Shown piece after piece: positions 13,965 through 14,929 of a stretch of DNA of 14,929 bases (the first letter of the stretch is position 1; each line of letters opens with the position of its first letter). The DNA comes from Chthonomonadales bacterium. Its GTDB lineage: Bacteria > Armatimonadota > Chthonomonadetes > Chthonomonadales > Chthonomonadaceae. The translations under genes were made by a program, and so were the position numbers. The notes under the pieces are model-generated. The model had not been told where the DNA came from. It did not search any database and saw only the letters and a list, made by a program, of their open reading frames with translations. Location: assembly GCA_038217285.1 (NCBI GenBank), contig JBBQPO010000152.1, positions 1 to 14,929 on the forward strand. Direction: 5' to 3'.

Positions 13965-14079
13965 CTTGCAGAGACGGTGGGCGGGGCTGCCGTGCCTGTC
14001 GGGCCGAGTGCGCCGAACCAAGCGCCCTCGACGGAGAATCAAGAACCTGCACGGCTCCGGTGCGATTCAGAGGAGTGAA

Positions 14080-14929
14080 ATGGAACTGAACCTTCTGCAA
14101 GATCTGTGGGACGAGAGCGAAACGGTCGGAATGGACGAGGCGGAGCTGCTTCGGTATCGCTCCAATCTCCTCGGGCGGGACCTGCGCCTGACGAATTTCG
14201 GCGGCGGCAACACCTCGGCCAAGATTGAAATGCGCGACCCGGTGTCGGGTGAGATGACGACCGTACTCTGGGTCAAGGGCAGCGGTGGTGACCTCGGCAC
14301 GATCAAGCGCGACGGATTCGCCACGCTCAAGATGGACAGCCTCAACGCCCTGAAACGGCAGTATCGCGGTGTGGCCTTCGAAGACGAGATGGTGGATCGC
14401 TATCCGCTCTGTACGTTCGGTAACAATCCCCGCGCGGCCTCGATCGATACTCCCCTGCATGCCTTTCTGCCCTTCCGCCATGTCGACCACCTGCACCCCG
14501 ACTGGGCGATCGCCCTGGCCGCCTGCGCGAATGGACCGGCCCAACTGGAACGCCTGCGCGCCGAGACAGGTATTCATCTGGTCTGGCTGCCCTGGAAGCG
14601 TCCGGGCTTCGAACTCGGCCTCTGGCTGGAAAACGCGGTGCGCGAAAATCCCGACTACGACGGTATTCTGCTCGGCTCCCACGGCCTCTTCACCTGGGGC
14701 GACACCGGCAGGGAGAGCTATCTCAATACCCTGCGCGTGCTCGACAAGATCGGGCAGTATGTGCTGGCGCGGGAGAGTGCGCAGGGCGAGCAGTTGTTCG
14801 GCGGGCAGATCGTGACGCCGCGTGCGGATCGAGAGAGGCTGGCGCGCGCCCTGATGCCGGCGCTTCGCGGCAGCGTCGGCCCACAGATCGGCCACTTCGA
14901 TGACAGCGAGAACGTGCTGGAGTTCATCG
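14080..14929 (+). CDS. Bifunctional rhamnulose-1-phosphate aldolase/short-chain dehydrogenase (RhaEW/YuxG type), 3'-truncated by window edge
   Basis: Absent from the ORF track because it has no stop in the window. SD AGGAG, ATG14080. Translation MELNLLQDLWD...LLRYRSNLLGRDLRLTNFGGGNTSAK...LWVKGSGGDLG...SIDTPLHAFLPFRHVDHLHPD...HGLFTWG is a class II aldolase N-terminal domain. Confidence 0.9.
   Translation, partial: MELNLLQDLWDESETVGMDEAELLRYRSNLLGRDLRLTNFGGGNTSAKIEMRDPVSGEMTTVLWVKGSGGDLGTIKRDGFATLKMDSLNALKRQYRGVAFEDEMVDRYPLCTFGNNPRAASIDTPLHAFLPFRHVDHLHPDWAIALAACANGPAQLERLRAETGIHLVWLPWKRPGFELGLWLENAVRENPDYDGILLGSHGLFTWGDTGRESYLNTLRVLDKIGQYVLARESAQGEQLFGGQIVTPRADRERLARALMPALRGSVGPQIGHFDDSENVLEFI

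Noticed and set aside
13828-14895. Long antisense ORFs (also 42..827, 2635..3522, 4693..5859, 6566..7423, 10155..11183, 11303..12691)
   Set aside because: Typical GC-rich antisense shadows of well-supported genes on the opposite strand.

Overview
GC-rich bacterial window; the C-terminal xLLR-repeat HEAT protein tentatively suggests Armatimonadota (inference). In order on +: 3' end of an RNA-repair Pnkp ligase gene, a GlcF-like Fe-S/CCG protein, a YkuD L,D-transpeptidase, a phenylacetate-CoA-ligase-family protein, a triple-YbjQ protein and a small secreted Lys-tailed protein. On - there is a two-gene operon encoding a sigma70-like/TPR fusion protein followed 1 nt later by a 65-aa secreted propeptide. 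Back on +: DUF1537 kinase, pdxA2, a LarA-like protein, a HEAT membrane protein and the 5' part of a rhamnulose-1-P aldolase/SDR gene. The best candidate for a new system is the sigma-TPR + propeptide pair, which has RRNPP-like peptide-signalling architecture with a sigma-like output domain. Matching ECF-type promoters (TGAAC-N16-CGTC) lie upstream of this operon and of the convergent neighbouring gene. The window also has two copies of a palindrome-rich REP/REPIN-like element; the second carries a 182-bp MITE with TTA target-site duplication, and the first is its empty site.
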